The notes under the pieces were generated by a model. The model saw only the letters and a list, made by a program, of their open reading frames with translations, was not told the origin of the DNA and made no database searches. A stretch of 33,505 nt of DNA from Catajapyx aquilonaris (Eukaryota), in NCBI GenBank assembly GCA_000934665.2, contig KZ539103.1, forward strand, positions 1 through 33,505. Reading direction: 5' to 3'. A program made the position numbers and the translations under genes. Shown in pieces: positions 1-11,639 of the stretch (position 1 is the stretch's first letter; each line of letters starts with the position of its first letter).

Positions 1-186
1 CCCCCCTGCCCCCCTGCGCGTCTTCCCCAGCCCTCCTCATCCCTGACCTGGCCACTCCTCTCCTCCGACTCCTCGCTGGCTGTGCTACCGCAATGGCTTA
101 AACGAATAGTACGATTCCAGTGCCCGGCAGGAAATTAGTTCGTGCGTACTGGGAGCACTTCCAGACGGTATAAACACGCCTTTAAA

Positions 187-1204
187 AGGACCTTCAAACT
201 CCCCTAGCCACGAACCGGGAATTCCATCCCCGCCTGGAGCGAAAAAGAGGGGCGCCAACAGTCTCGTGACGTGTCGCTAGCCTCAAAACAATCCAAATGA
301 ACACGAATAAAAATTGAGCCTAAATGACCTCCGGAAGGACGAACCGGCTACGAACATGGTGGTCGACCGTCCACATCTTTATGCTCGCCACTGTACGCAC
401 ACAGTCAAAATTTGGGCTAAAATTAATTTCCCCTCAACTATATGCACGGTCATTATTGTTTTAACAAATAGTCCACGCTATACTCCCAGTATGTGCGAAT
501 AATTATGAGCGATTGAAGAAGAAAGGCGAGCATATAGGATGGCAGAAAACTCACCACATTTCAGCAGTTGTCGTATGCGAAGTAGTAGCCTGGACTAGTA
601 GCGTGCTGGTCTCGTCTGTCTGGCGTCAACTGTCAACTCAGAATGGGACATGGGGGACTGGGGAGGGGCTGTGTCGGGCTCGGGCTGTTATGGGGGAATA
701 TCGGAATGTGAAGCCCGGGGGGCAGGGGGTGGGGGACTTGGAAGGAATTTGGGGTCTGGAAATAGCCAGAAATGTAGAGAAACCTAAACGTGGCCTTGTA
801 TGTATGACCAGTTATTAGCTCTTGGTATGACCCATTGGCTGATGATGCCCTACTTACGTGATCCTTGACACATACTATCATGATCATGTGATGATTATAT
901 ACCGCGAGCTACATATTTACACAATTGAGTCTGTTATACCTTGGTTATACCGATATGGCAGTTTCAAAATTATTATATACGGTTCGACAAATATCCCATT
1001 GATTATTATTGAACAACGGGACAATTTTGTTGGACATCCGAACACGACAATAACAATTTTCTCACTTGCTCCTTCCTCAAAGCGCTTTACAAACGTGGCC
1101 ATTGACATCGGTATTAATTATTATCCAGGTCGAGATATAAAATCAGGCTTTCCCATAGAAAGTGGAATTACATGTTAACGCAAAAATATTGATACAATTT
1201 TATT
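187..1204 (+). repeat. Left arm of a ~1 kb diverged inverted duplication (partner 10647-11639)
   Basis: Long blocks match the reverse complement of 10647-11639, e.g. ggcgccaacagtctcgtgacgtgtcgctagcctcaaaaacaatcc, aataaaaattgagcctaaatgacctccggaaggacgaac and cacttgctccttcctcaaag. Colinear, with indels. No TSD seen at the outer ends. Confidence 0.92.
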
Positions 1205-1461
1205 GCCAATTCAGGTGACCACATTTACGTTTAGTGCGGATTATCCGTGCATGGATAAAACAAATAAAAGTTTTTCTCGCAAACAAATAAATCTAACAGA
1301 CTTTTTCCATAATAAACTTCCAAACTAAAAATCTACGGCAATTTCTCTAATATAAATCTTAATTATAGCATAATACAGTATGCATACAGTTGTTCATTAA
1401 AAACCTGTGAATGGCTCATTATTTTACGGTGTCTAAGACCATTTTGTGGTTAACCGGCGAC

Positions 1462-1554
1462 ATACGTGCAGCCATTAGCCCGGATAATCGGGAGTGCAGT
1501 GTATCGCATATCGACTTTCCGGATTTTACGGAAATATCACGAAATCATTCCAAG
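1462..1554 (+). repeat. ~93-bp dispersed repeat, inverted copy at 8155-8250
   Basis: atacgtgcagccatta(tta)gcccggataatcgggagtgcagtgtatcgcat(a/t)tcgactttccggattttacggaaatatcacgaaatcattccaag is nearly identical on opposite strands. The cggataatcgggagtgcagtgta part resembles a TA-flanked Tc1/pogo-type MITE end. Confidence 0.85.
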
Positions 1555-3033
1555 CTTCATTTTCAGCTTGGCATCGCAATTTTTTGCGATAGAGCGGACA
1601 TGAAGCGACGATTACTTTTTTCGTTGAATACCGCATTTGATCCCACCAATCGGATGCTCAACATCTCTACTAAACAATGCCAACCTTAAAATTGGCCAGT
1701 GTTGCTGTTCTTTGGCACCAGCTGCTCATACGTTCAACTGTGCGCGCCAAAGGCCTTTTGGTGTCTGGGGACACGCGCGGCTTTTGGCGCCTCTGTAAGC
1801 ATTGCTATTCATTCGATCACTTCTCAAGTGTGTCTGTTGGATGCAGCTTGATGTCCTCTTTCGATTGGTGTGCTTAAATTGTCGGAGCGTGATCTCTGTG
1901 TGCTTCAGTTTCAGTAACTAACCAGAGTCATCCGAAAGCTTTGGTTCGTTACCAAAAATTACAAAAAATTCCTGTACACACCTTATGCCAATGATTTGGA
2001 GCATCAAACATGGAAACCTCTGTGGGAGTCGCGTAATACAGCAGTGTGCAAAGATTCAGCCCAATTCCATACCTCCATGTATTTATTTGGACGGTAACGA
2101 ACCAAACCATTTTTTCCTGCCGCCGAGCGTGCTCCCTCCGATCTCGAAATCCACGCCCAATAATGCAGAAATTTTTATGTAATGGTTTTAAATGGCGCTG
2201 ATTTCAGATCCGATGTCAGAAATTCAAAAATCAAAATGGTTGATCCAATATCGCAATATGGCAGACAGCATGTGCAGAGAATTGGACAGATATACAGTAT
2301 TAGCGTCAAAATTAGTTTACGGCGGCTTTAGAGGGCTCTGATTTCAAATTCAATGTAAAAAGTTACAAATGAAAGTGGCGCGATGTGTCATACGGATATG
2401 CCCTGATGCTCCCGCCGATTTTATTGGGAGGAAGGGGGAGAGATGCAGCTCTTCAATGGTTCTTATTTATGATGCTGAAAACAAATTTTCATGAATAGGC
2501 CTATCCCTAATGTTATAAACAGTTGCCTCCATTTACAATGCCACTGCAAGATGGGTGGTCCGGAAGTTAATTGTCTCTATAGCGGTCTTTGGTTCTTCTC
2601 AGTCATGAGAGCCTCCCGCTTTTTATAGGCCGGAAATCAAAAAATTTGCATTTTTCTGAATTTTTGCAGGTCTGAATTTATTGGAAAATTGACTGAAATG
2701 ACCCATTTTCAAATACCTTCATTTATAGGCTTAGTAAATTTTTATATATGGTCACATCATAACTCCTTATACATAGTCATATGCATATTGGAGAGAATGA
2801 ATTCACCCTGTTCACTGCTATCGAATTTCTTGTGTTAATGAAATGAAAGTCAGTCATCTCTAAGAGTTTATTTTCATGTAATCATATAATATCAAGTGGT
2901 CTATTCTTTTAATTTCAAATGGTAACGTGTCTGTCGTACTGATGAACGTCCTTGTCTTTCACTGCCCGAGATGATTTTTGTACATACGAGCCAAATTGTA
3001 ATTTTGTTGTTATAAATTTGTGAATAAACCATT

Positions 3034-3121
3034 ATCCCACCAAAAACCTTTCAGTAAAAAAAGGCCAAGTTCTCCTGACTGCTTGGCCGTAAAAAGTGGT
3101 GAGATCTGAAATACGGCCAAG
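3034..3121 (+). repeat. Solo 88-bp copy of the outer arm of the 4911-5412 foldback
   Basis: atcccaccaaaaacctttc(a/t)gtaaaaaaaggccaagttctcctgactgcttggccgt...aaatacggccaag matches 4911-4998 with about 3 substitutions. Confidence 0.9.
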
Positions 3122-3691
3122 CTTTTAAATCACCCCCTATTTTCCTGGTCATTCTAGAGTCTATCTATTAGGTCATCTCACACCATTATTTATTTATATA
3201 GTTCTTCATTGTTTCCATTTCTAGGATACGGAGTGGAATATTAAGGCGTTTTGACTTTGTCTGTTTCCCAAGCACATCATTTCGTTGTGAGCAACAAGTC
3301 ATGAGTTTAGTGTACCAGCCCTCCTGTATGCCACTACAATCCCATCAAACTCTTCTTGGTGCTGAATGTTACAATATTACTGCGACTGACAGCATGGAAT
3401 CATAAGTACTCCGTTACCTGAATTAATGGGACAAAGTCCTCCTTCCATATTTCAGAAGAATATACGTTACGTACCCCTTGCGAAATACTGAAAAGAGTAG
3501 TAATACCTCCGCCGTGGCGGAATGAAAGTACCGAAACTAGGCAGGCGCACGTACGACCTTCCCCAGTTAATTTAAGATGTACCACAGGTCTTACTCAAGT
3601 AATTCTCAAAGTATTGGGCGGAATGACCTGTAAAAAGTATGTTGTACAGTCGCCCAAAGAAGTATCTACACCTCGAAAATCCCACTCATCG

Positions 3692-3990
3692 TTGGTTTAT
3701 ATTATTTTAAAAAATAGTGAAGGGAAAGAGAGAACAACGGTATGCAAATAAGTCATGGTTTATTAATAACCAGTCCAATGACTATCCAGATCAATGCATT
3801 TTTGTAGTCGTTTTGCTTGTCGTTTAGGCATGGATCGGACTGAGTTTGCACAAAAAAATGCCAAAACGACTTCAAAAATGCATTGATCTGGATAGTCATT
3901 GGACTGGTTATTAATAAACCATGACTTATTTGCATACGGTACCGTTGTTGTCGCTTTCCCTTCACTATTTTTAAATCTAATATAAACCAA
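3692..3990. mobile_element. ~300-bp foldback/MITE-like palindrome
   Basis: Arms 3692-3815 and ~3861-3990 are reverse complements (gtatgcaaataagtcatggtttattaataaccagtccaatgactatccagatcaatgcattttt is matched exactly). Loop is ~45 nt. Confidence 0.85.
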
Positions 3991-4910
3991 GCTCTTAAAA
4001 TTAGTTGGGAGGGGGACCGACTTACTGTTTTCTTCTTCTTTTTAATGTAAATGGGCAATTCCACGAAAGAGCGGACATGGGGTGCGGTTCTTACATCTTG
4101 ACCCAGTTGGAATCTGAGTGACTAAAACCGAAGCATGTGGACCATGGTTTCCTTAGCCATGTTAGTTTGTGACAGTATCATTCCCAACAACCCAGTATTA
4201 TTCCCAGAGTCTAAGCGTGCTCTCTGTGATATCCGCTCGGCTAATGCGCATTGCCAGCTGGTTATTCGCTGTACCGGATATGTGAAAGGAAGAGAGACAA
4301 ACGTCTTCATATAATTCAAGGGCACAAAATGCAACATCGATCTGTGCAATCACTTTGCTGTATGCATGAATGTGTGACCTTCCACAGCCACACTAAAAGG
4401 TATCCACTTGACGTGGTTGTACGTAACGAAATAATCCGACTAATGTGTTGTATGCATGTGCTGTTTAAAATGTGGTCGTCAAATGCTGGGCCCTTCGTTA
4501 GATTATACTGGTCCAGCCGTGTGCAAAATATCAATGTCGTCAGACGTTTCGATCTGGGTGAAAACAGCGTTACGTACCATCCAAACTGAGCGCAAGCACC
4601 TGACAACGTGCAGCTCAGATTACGCTCGCCAATGCAAAAAGCAGTGTATGCTTCTTGTGCCGGGACACCTCTGGATCACAGGTCAGTTGTTTGACAAAAA
4701 AAACGCGTATACGCATGTTTATACCCTTCTTTCGCCAACTTGCAAGCGTCTTTTGTCCGTGAACTTACAGAAATGTGCGCGAAAACATCTAAGGAGAGGC
4801 AGTTTTATTTATGTAAACAAAATTTAATAAACATATGACGCAAAATGGAACGTTGCATTAATTGTTGTGGCCTTTACTTTCATCCTGAAAACTGACCTAA
4901 GTTAGTTCCT

Positions 4911-5412
4911 ATCCCACCAAAAACCTTTCTGTAAAAAAAGGCCAAGTTCTCCTGACTGCTTGGCCGTCAAAAGTGGCGAGATCTGAAATACGGCCAAGTT
5001 CAACGTCGTACTCATTACTGGCATTCTCAAATTCTTCAACCTAAACCACTAACTTGATTTTTCCAGGTCGACCTTAAGTTAAATAAACAGAAAATTCTAA
5101 TGTTATTTCTCCTGATGTCACTTGCTGGCTATTGCTCATGTGCATGTCCGAGGTATTGTTGAATTCTACAACTGTTTCAATGTTTTAAGAGCAATAGCCA
5201 AGTGACATCAGGAGAAATAACATTAGAATTTTCTGTTTATTTAACTTAAGGTCGACCTGGAAAAATCAAGTTAGTGGTTTAGGTTGAAGAATTTGAGAAT
5301 GCCAGTAATGAGTACGACGTTGAACTTGGCCGTATTTCAGATCTCACCACTTTTGACGGCCAAGCAGTCAGGAGAACTTGGCCTTTTTTTACAGAAAGGT
5401 TTTTGGTGGGAT
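4911..5412. mobile_element. Near-perfect 502-bp foldback palindrome
   Basis: Arms 4911-5137 and 5189-5412 are reverse complements except for one substitution and a 3-nt indel. Loop is 51 nt (5138-5188). Confidence 0.93.
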
Positions 5413-5618
5413 CTCACCTCTTTTTGTAGGCAGGGGTGTAGGATAATATTATAAGATAGCTCGGGGAGCCCCCTACGGTTGGGCGTGGAAGCAATGGTCC
5501 GTAATATTCAAAGTACGGTAATGAATAACTTAGAGCAAAATGTGTAGGTTATATACGAAAGTATGTAAAACTCTATCTTTTCCTCTGAATAGGTATGAGT
5601 TTCTTCTGCTCTCTCATA

Positions 5619-5985
5619 TTACTCTTCCTTTTTTTCTGTTCTGGTTGTGCGAATTGGAGATCTGCTACACCTGATCGCCCTTTTGAGTATGGATGAGCCT
5701 GGTCGGTAAATAGATCTCAATCTATCGTACTCCAGAATAGCTGACTCTTGAGCCTTGATGTTAGTAAAGGAGGCATTGATGAGATGCACTCCGTTGATAC
5801 TTTTAACTCTGGAAAGAGCCACGTAGGCTTGACCGCACGAGAAGACAGAGGAACCATTATCGATGAGTGCATTAGTGAGACTAAGGCCATGGCTCTTGTG
5901 TATGGTAATGGCATATGCCACACAAATTGGGAATTGTTGGCTGTACACATAGGCTGTGATGAATTCGAATTTTGTATTTTAGGTA
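5619..5985 (-). pseudogene. C-terminal PIF1-family (SF1B) helicase fragment of a Helitron/Helentron Rep-Hel protein
   Basis: KFEFITAYVYSQQFPICVAYAITIHKSHGLSL...VFSCGQAYVALSRVKSINGVHLI contains PIF1 motifs V/VI (QFP...A.TIHKSQG.SL; GQ.YVALSR). 5' truncated. Confidence 0.9.
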
Positions 5986-6479
5986 TTTATGTATTTAGGT
6001 ATTTGTATGAAATATTTGTATTTGTATGAAATGCAATCGCAGCTTCAGTCAGATAGCTAGCGGCAGTGACGTAGCCAGGAATCCAGGGGGGGATGTCCGC
6101 CGCAGGCGAAATTTTTTCGGGTTGAAGGTCACACGAGCTTCGGTGAATATGGGAGATTTGAATGGGTGTGTATTAGATGAAATTGGTAGCACTTTTTCCC
6201 CCCAAAAAATCATGAATTAGTAATTTCCTTGACATGATTTTTTTAATCAACAAGATTTCGGGGGCTAGCGGTATGCAGGAGGGGNGGGGGAAGGGAGGGG
6301 GTGAGGAGATGAGAACGGGGGGAAGGTAGGAGGAGCACCATCATAAGTGGAAATTCAAAGTAAAAAAGTAATCCGTGGTAAAAATGCCGCATCTGGTCAG
6401 CAGCAGCAGACTTCGTGAAAAATTTTTTTTTTGAGCATTTAGACTCGAAAAAGTGCCGTTTTCAGATTTATTCTGGTGT

Positions 6480-6807
6480 TTGTTTGACAAACTCTACCAG
6501 CATACCAAATTTCAGCATCCTAGGACCACTGGAAGTACCGTATAATTTTGATGATCTGTCAGTGAGTGAGTGAGTCAGTGAGTGAGTGTCACATTTTGGC
6601 CTTTTTGGGAGTTTTTAGGATTTTTTAAGTCGGAAATGAAAAGAGATATGAACATGGAAGTAAGGGGGCATTATTTTTAATCGATTTTTATCTACCCAAA
6701 TAAAAATTTTGAAGCCACCTATGTTCACCAGGGCGAAGATTCGAGGGGGTCAAAATGACGTGAGTTGTGTCGGGTAAAGGTGGTCCGGCAGTGCGACGAG
6801 AACTTGG
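6480..6807 (+). mobile_element. DINE-1/HINE-like (Helentron-associated) non-autonomous repeat fragment
   Basis: ccaaatttcagc...ggaagtacc..ttttgatgatc followed by a (GTGA)n/GTCA microsatellite at ~6560-6590, and a terminal gagaacttgg resembling a subterminal IR. Recognised by resemblance; boundaries approximate. Confidence 0.4.
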
Positions 6808-6910
6808 AGGGGGCACTGCCGTGCCCCCTAATTTCAGTGCAGCGGAGCCATAATAAGATTATGAATACACAGACATTCCAATCTCCAAAAAATTATGCTA
6901 CTCCCAGTAA

Positions 6911-7239
6911 CGGGTCGTCATATACCACGTTACTGTTTTTGGGGGGGAGGGGGGTGGTCTGCTGATATACCACGGTTGGTCACNNNNNNNNNNNNNNNNN
7001 NNNNNNNNNNNNNNNNNNNNNNNNNNNNNNNNNNNNNNNNNNNNNNNNNNNNNNNNNNNNNNNNNNNNNNNNNNNNNNNNNNNNNNNNNNNNNNNNNNNN
7101 NNNNNNNNNNNNNNNNNNNNNNNNNNNNNNNNNNNNNNNNNNNNNNNNNNNNNNNNNNNNNNNNNNNNNNNNNNNNNNNNNNNNGGGGGGGGGGTCAAAA
7201 AGTGGCCAAAAATCGGTCGCGTGGTATTTGGACGACCCC
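6911..7239. mobile_element. Tourist-like (PIF/Harbinger) MITE spanning an assembly gap
   Basis: TIRs cgggtcgtcatataccacg / cgtggtatttggacgacccc with TAA on both flanks (6908-6910 and 7240-7242). Confidence 0.75.
6984..7184. other. Assembly gap (201 N)
   Basis: Run of Ns; true length unknown. Confidence 0.99.
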
Positions 7240-8154
7240 TAAATCGCTGTAGGTTGTACGTAACGATACCGGGTGGTACGTAACGGGTGGATATCTCAAA
7301 TATTTTCAGGTTCAAAATGAGAATTCTCCCAATATAATGGCGTGATGAGGTTCCTCGCACCCTACTGCCCCACATGCACTTGAGCTTCGAAACCTGTGCG
7401 GTCAGATTTCGCAGAGTTTCCCCCTAGTTGCATATACCCCAGAAACTGGTGTCCAATGACTGATGGTACGTAACGAGATTTCAGACAATCGCACACGCGT
7501 GGATGGCCATCGAATGAAATTTCCAAGATGTCCCTCACCTTCACATTTCTGCGCTGCATCTGATTTTCAAAACAGTTAATCTATTACGGCAAGTACCTAG
7601 CCGCGGTGGACTCCTAAACACCTCAACACAGCTTCCGATTGTCTGTACGTAACGCGTGAAATTGCCCAAATTGCATGGGTATTTACAATAAACAGGAGGT
7701 CATTTTTCATCATTTGTGATGTTTTTTTCCCAACACTACTCATCACCAAATGGCCATAATTAATGCCATCGAAAGCAATAGGTAGCTAACTTTTATTCAC
7801 ATTTTCCGCTAATCATTTGGACTTTTCCATTCCATGTGAATACAATTTGCAATATTTGTGCTGCAGTGTGACATCTGCTGTTCAGTTATCTAAAGTTGTC
7901 GATTTAAGATGATTGTCATAAGCATTTATGCTTGCAATTATGCTAGGGAATAGGACTGGTGATTGACAGCTGACATTTCCTTACAACTGCACAATATTCA
8001 TTATATGTCCTATTATGTCCTGATATTGTGGTGTGTCGCATACCCTACAGGATGAGTGGGATTTTCGAGGTGTAAAGATACTTCCTTGGGCGACTGTACT
8101 ACTGCAAAATACTGATAGCAGTCGGCAGTCTTTTATATTGAAAAAAAAATTAAA

Positions 8155-8250
8155 CTTGGAATGATTTCGTGATATTTCCGTAAAATCCGGAAAGTCGAAA
8201 TGCGATACACTGCACTCCCGATTATCCGGGCTAATAATGGCTGCACGTAT
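8155..8250 (-). repeat. Inverted copy of the 1462-1554 repeat
   Basis: Reverse complement match to 1462-1554 with one substitution and a 3-nt indel. Confidence 0.85.
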
Positions 8251-8490
8251 CATACAAGTCCTGCCAGAAAGTTTAGGAAAACCCTCCCAAACTGTATTCT
8301 TCTTCCTGTCCCCAAACTTTTGGACAAATCGATTTTTTTCATGCACCAGTCAATTGTACGTAAAAAACAGATTCATTACGACATATTAGTTTGAAGTGTA
8401 AGCCTAATACAGTCTGTGTAATTAATTATTAAAGTATATTAATACTGATGTATCAGACACTTTCTAAGCTCATGGATTTTCTCTCATGGA

Positions 8491-8789
8491 AATGCTAAGG
8501 TGTGTGACTATGAAATTTCGAGAAAAAATTGTCCAAAATGTACTGTATGTGTTGCTTAAGAAAAAATGGGAAAAATTCCTTTGGCTAAGTAAAAAATATG
8601 GCGCCATTTTGTGAGTGATATTGCCAATTTAGTATGGGATTTTGTATGGACTAAACCTTTTGCCAATTTCGTCATTTTTTTACTTTGCCAAAGAAATTTT
8701 TCTAATTCTTTCCTAAGTTACTACCACATACAGTAGGTACCTTTTGGACTATTTTTCCTCGAAATTTCATAGTCATACACCTCAGCATT
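8491..8789. mobile_element. Diverged ~300-bp foldback MITE
   Basis: aatgctaaggtgtgtgactatgaaatttcgag...ctcgaaatttcatagtcatacacctcagcatt termini. Complementarity continues inward (tactgtatgtg/cacatacagta; tttggctaagtaaaaaa/ttttttactttgccaaa). Confidence 0.8.
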
Positions 8790-9122
8790 GTAAAAGCCTA
8801 AAAGCCAGTCTGTACTCAGTTTGGTACCTGGAAGGTCCCCGGGGGCTGCGATTTTTAAGCGAGTTGTATCAACTCCATTGTTGCCAGTGGTCAATCTGAT
8901 CCTAATCTGGAAGGTTTGTGGTGTGGGGAAAAAAAAAATTATTGAGGGTGGTCTTTCCCCCTCCCCCCCCCNAAAACCCTAACTCAATTTACTCAATCAC
9001 ATGCAGGTTTAGCATCCGTGTGAAAAGTCTTGTTTACGAACTATCCATATTGTTAGCAAAATGTTACCCTGCTTGCTCTGGGCTGAACGCGCATTTTACA
9101 GTTTAGTATACTTATTATATTA

Positions 9123-10230
9123 CAGTTGAATCCGGATGTAACAGCCTCGGCTATAGCAGACTTTTGGTTATAATGGCCGGTCCCTGCATGCTTCCATAAA
9201 GCCCGGTGTATTTTACTTCTGATATAACAGACTCATTTTCACCTCACCTCGGGTACAACACACAATCTCTTGGCCCCTCGGTGGAAAAATATCTTGTTTC
9301 CCAGGCATAAAATTTGCAAAAAGGAGATATTTCGGATATTTTGGTCTTGAATAATTTTCGGGTGAGATAATATTGCATTTTTGACAGATAGGCCCCCACC
9401 ATCACAAATTGCATTAAAAAAATTTTCCAATCGTTAGTGCTTCGTTTGTGCCCGTTTGTGCCGAAAACATAGTTCCTCTCTAGCTGCAGCCAATCTCTAT
9501 GTATAAATTATTGAAAATTCTGACGATGACGTCACAAGCCCCCCCCCCCTCGCCCCCGCCAACGGAATTGAGCACTTATTAATTCACTCCAATCATCTCC
9601 TGACTATAATAGACCAGGTTTCTGAAAATACCACCCCTTGCACAAAGGCATATTGGGAAATCATCTTAAAGAAGTTATAGTCGCCTGACTAACTTCTTCA
9701 TGATGATTTTCCCAATATGCCTTTGTGACTAACTAACTGACTAACTGCCTTCTAACTGCCTGACTAACTGCCTTCTAACTGCCTGACTAACCTCTTCATG
9801 ATGATTTCCCAATATGCCTTTGTGCAAGGGGTGGTATTTTCAGAAACCTGGTCTATTATAGTCAGGAGATGATTGGAGTGAATTAAGTGCTGAATTCCGT
9901 TGGCGGGGGCGGGAGAGCTGGTGACGTCATCACCAGAATTTTCAATAATTTATATCTCGAGATTGGCTGCAGCTAGAGAGGAACTGTTTTCGGCACAAAC
10001 GGGCACAAGCGAAGCACTAACGATTGGCATTTTTTAAAAATGCTATTTGTGTTGGTGGGGGGGGGGGGGCAACTTAACGGACGTCTACCATTCATCGGTA
10101 TGTAGTCTAGTAGTGCATATAGCAGCCATATTGAAAGCAGAAATCTGCTTTAGTTGCAAAAGTGACGATTTTGCTATATAACAGACATTTTCCATTGTCT
10201 CTTGAAGTCAGTTTTATCCGGATTCAACCG
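9123..10230. mobile_element. Tc1/mariner-pogo-type MITE with TA TSD, interrupted by a foldback
   Basis: TA|cagttgaatccggatgtaac ... gttttatccggattcaaccg|TA, with repeated subterminal (g)ctata(t/g)/ataacagac-like motifs at both ends. Confidence 0.75.
9393..10061. mobile_element. ~670-bp foldback element with a duplicated and microsatellite-filled loop
   Basis: Arms ~9393-9677 and ~9786-10061 are reverse complements (e.g. aattcactccaatcatctcctgactataatagaccaggtttctgaaaataccaccccttgcacaaaggcatattgggaaatcatc). The loop contains a duplicate of the start of the right arm plus ctaactg repeats. Confidence 0.9.
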
Positions 10231-10646
10231 TACTGGTACTGCTAAGTTAGAAGTAACTAGTAGTACGACGAAAATTCCACCCATTGTTTTCACAAAGGAG
10301 ACTTCATGAACAGTAAATTGGAAATTGCTTGAGTGAGCCTGCGTTTCAGTACTTTCATTCCGCCATGGAGGTCTTACTACCCTTTTTTTTTCACTCGGGG
10401 AATGTTTTTGCTTTTATTACTTTAGCCCTATAAAATTTGGGCAATTTTTTGTACCATTATCTTCCATCCATAAGTCCTCAAAAGGAATATTATTGTGCCT
10501 ATATTTCGGGATATTTTCATGCCTGAAAATTTAGAATTGAATTAGGCCTATAAGCTGTTACAAATTCCAAATGCGATTTATGGGATGGTATAAGTTTGTA
10601 AGAAACCCGAATTACGAATTAAACATAGGGTCGACAAATTTAAGTT

Positions 10647-11639
10647 CATTAAAATTTTACTAATATTTGTGCGTTAACATGTAATTCCACTTGTTATATG
10701 GGAAAGCCTGATTTAATATCTCGGCCTGGATAATAGTTAAAATCGATGTCAATGGCCACGTTAAAAAAAAAAGACAACCCGCATTAATGAGAGAGAGACC
10801 CCCGTTTGTAAAGATCTTTGAGGAAGGAGCAAGTGTGAAAATTGTTATTGGTGTGTACGGATGTCCAACAAAATTGTCGCGTTACTCAATAATCAATGGC
10901 ATATCTGTCGAACCTTAAACAATTTTGAAACTGCCATATCGCTATAATAGACTCAATGATCATGATAGTAGCCTATGTAGGGCATCATCAGCCAATGGGT
11001 CATACAAGGCCACGTTTTGCTTTCTCGACATTTACAGCCCCCAAATTCCTCCCAAGTCCTACCTCTGGCCTTCTTGGTGCCCCNCCCCCCCCCCCCGCGC
11101 TTTCACCTTTGATTCCGTTAGACGCATTCCAGTTTCCTCCCCCATAGGCTATTGGCAATAACAGGTAGCAGCCCACAGTTCCCCAGTCCCCACCCCATTG
11201 CCCATTGCCCATTCTGATTTCGGAGTTGACGGTTGACACCAGACAGACGAGAAGAGCACGCTACTAGTCCAGACTACTTCGCATACGACAACTGCTGAAA
11301 TGTGGTGAGTTTCGTCCTGCCATCCTATTTGCCCACCTTTCTTCTTCAATCGCTCAAAATTATTCGCACCGTGCATACTTGAGGGGGAAATTAATTTTAG
11401 CCCAAATTTTGACTGTGTGCGTACAGTGGCAAGCATAAAGATGTGGACGGTCGACTACCATGTTCGTCCTTCCGGAGGTCATTTAGGCTCAATTTTTATT
11501 CATGTTCATTAGGATTGTTTTTGAGGCTAGCGACACGTCACGAGACTGTTGGCGCCACACTTTTCGCTCCAGGCGGGGATGATGTTACCGGTTCGTGGTT
11601 AGGCGCTAGGGGAGTTGAAGGTTGAAGGTTGAAGGTCCT
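10647..11639 (-). repeat. Right arm of the ~1 kb inverted duplication (partner 187-1204)
   Basis: Reverse-complement colinearity with 187-1204. The ORF track shows the same spurious peptides on opposite strands (KKKG..IGWQ..HHISAVVVCEVV). Confidence 0.92.

Larger units (their letters stand above)
4053..7667. mobile_element. Sola-like non-autonomous DNA transposon carrying nested insertions
   Basis: 13-bp TIRs GGGCAATTCCACG / CGTGAAATTGCCC (1 mismatch), flanked by an identical 4-bp TSD AAAT (4049-4052 and 7668-7671). Six internal copies of GTACGTAACG lie near the two ends. A 4-bp TSD with GRG termini fits the Sola superfamily; the superfamily call is an inference. Confidence 0.65.

Noticed and set aside
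4251..4589. Cys/His pattern resembling a piggyBac C-terminal cysteine-rich domain
   Set aside because: Cysteine spacing is incomplete, there is no upstream transposase, and no TTAA-flanked ends.
4419..7654. GTACGTAACG repeats (and the 28963-29067 repeat) as a CRISPR-like array
   Set aside because: Irregular spacing, mixed orientation, too short or too few copies, no cas genes, eukaryotic context.
187..11639. One giant nested hairpin or Polinton/Maverick-like element bounded by 1-kb TIRs
   Set aside because: The inner inverted matches cross rather than nest (1462 pairs with 8155-8250 but ~3490-3550 pairs with ~10333-10390). No TSD, and no integrase, polymerase or capsid remnants.
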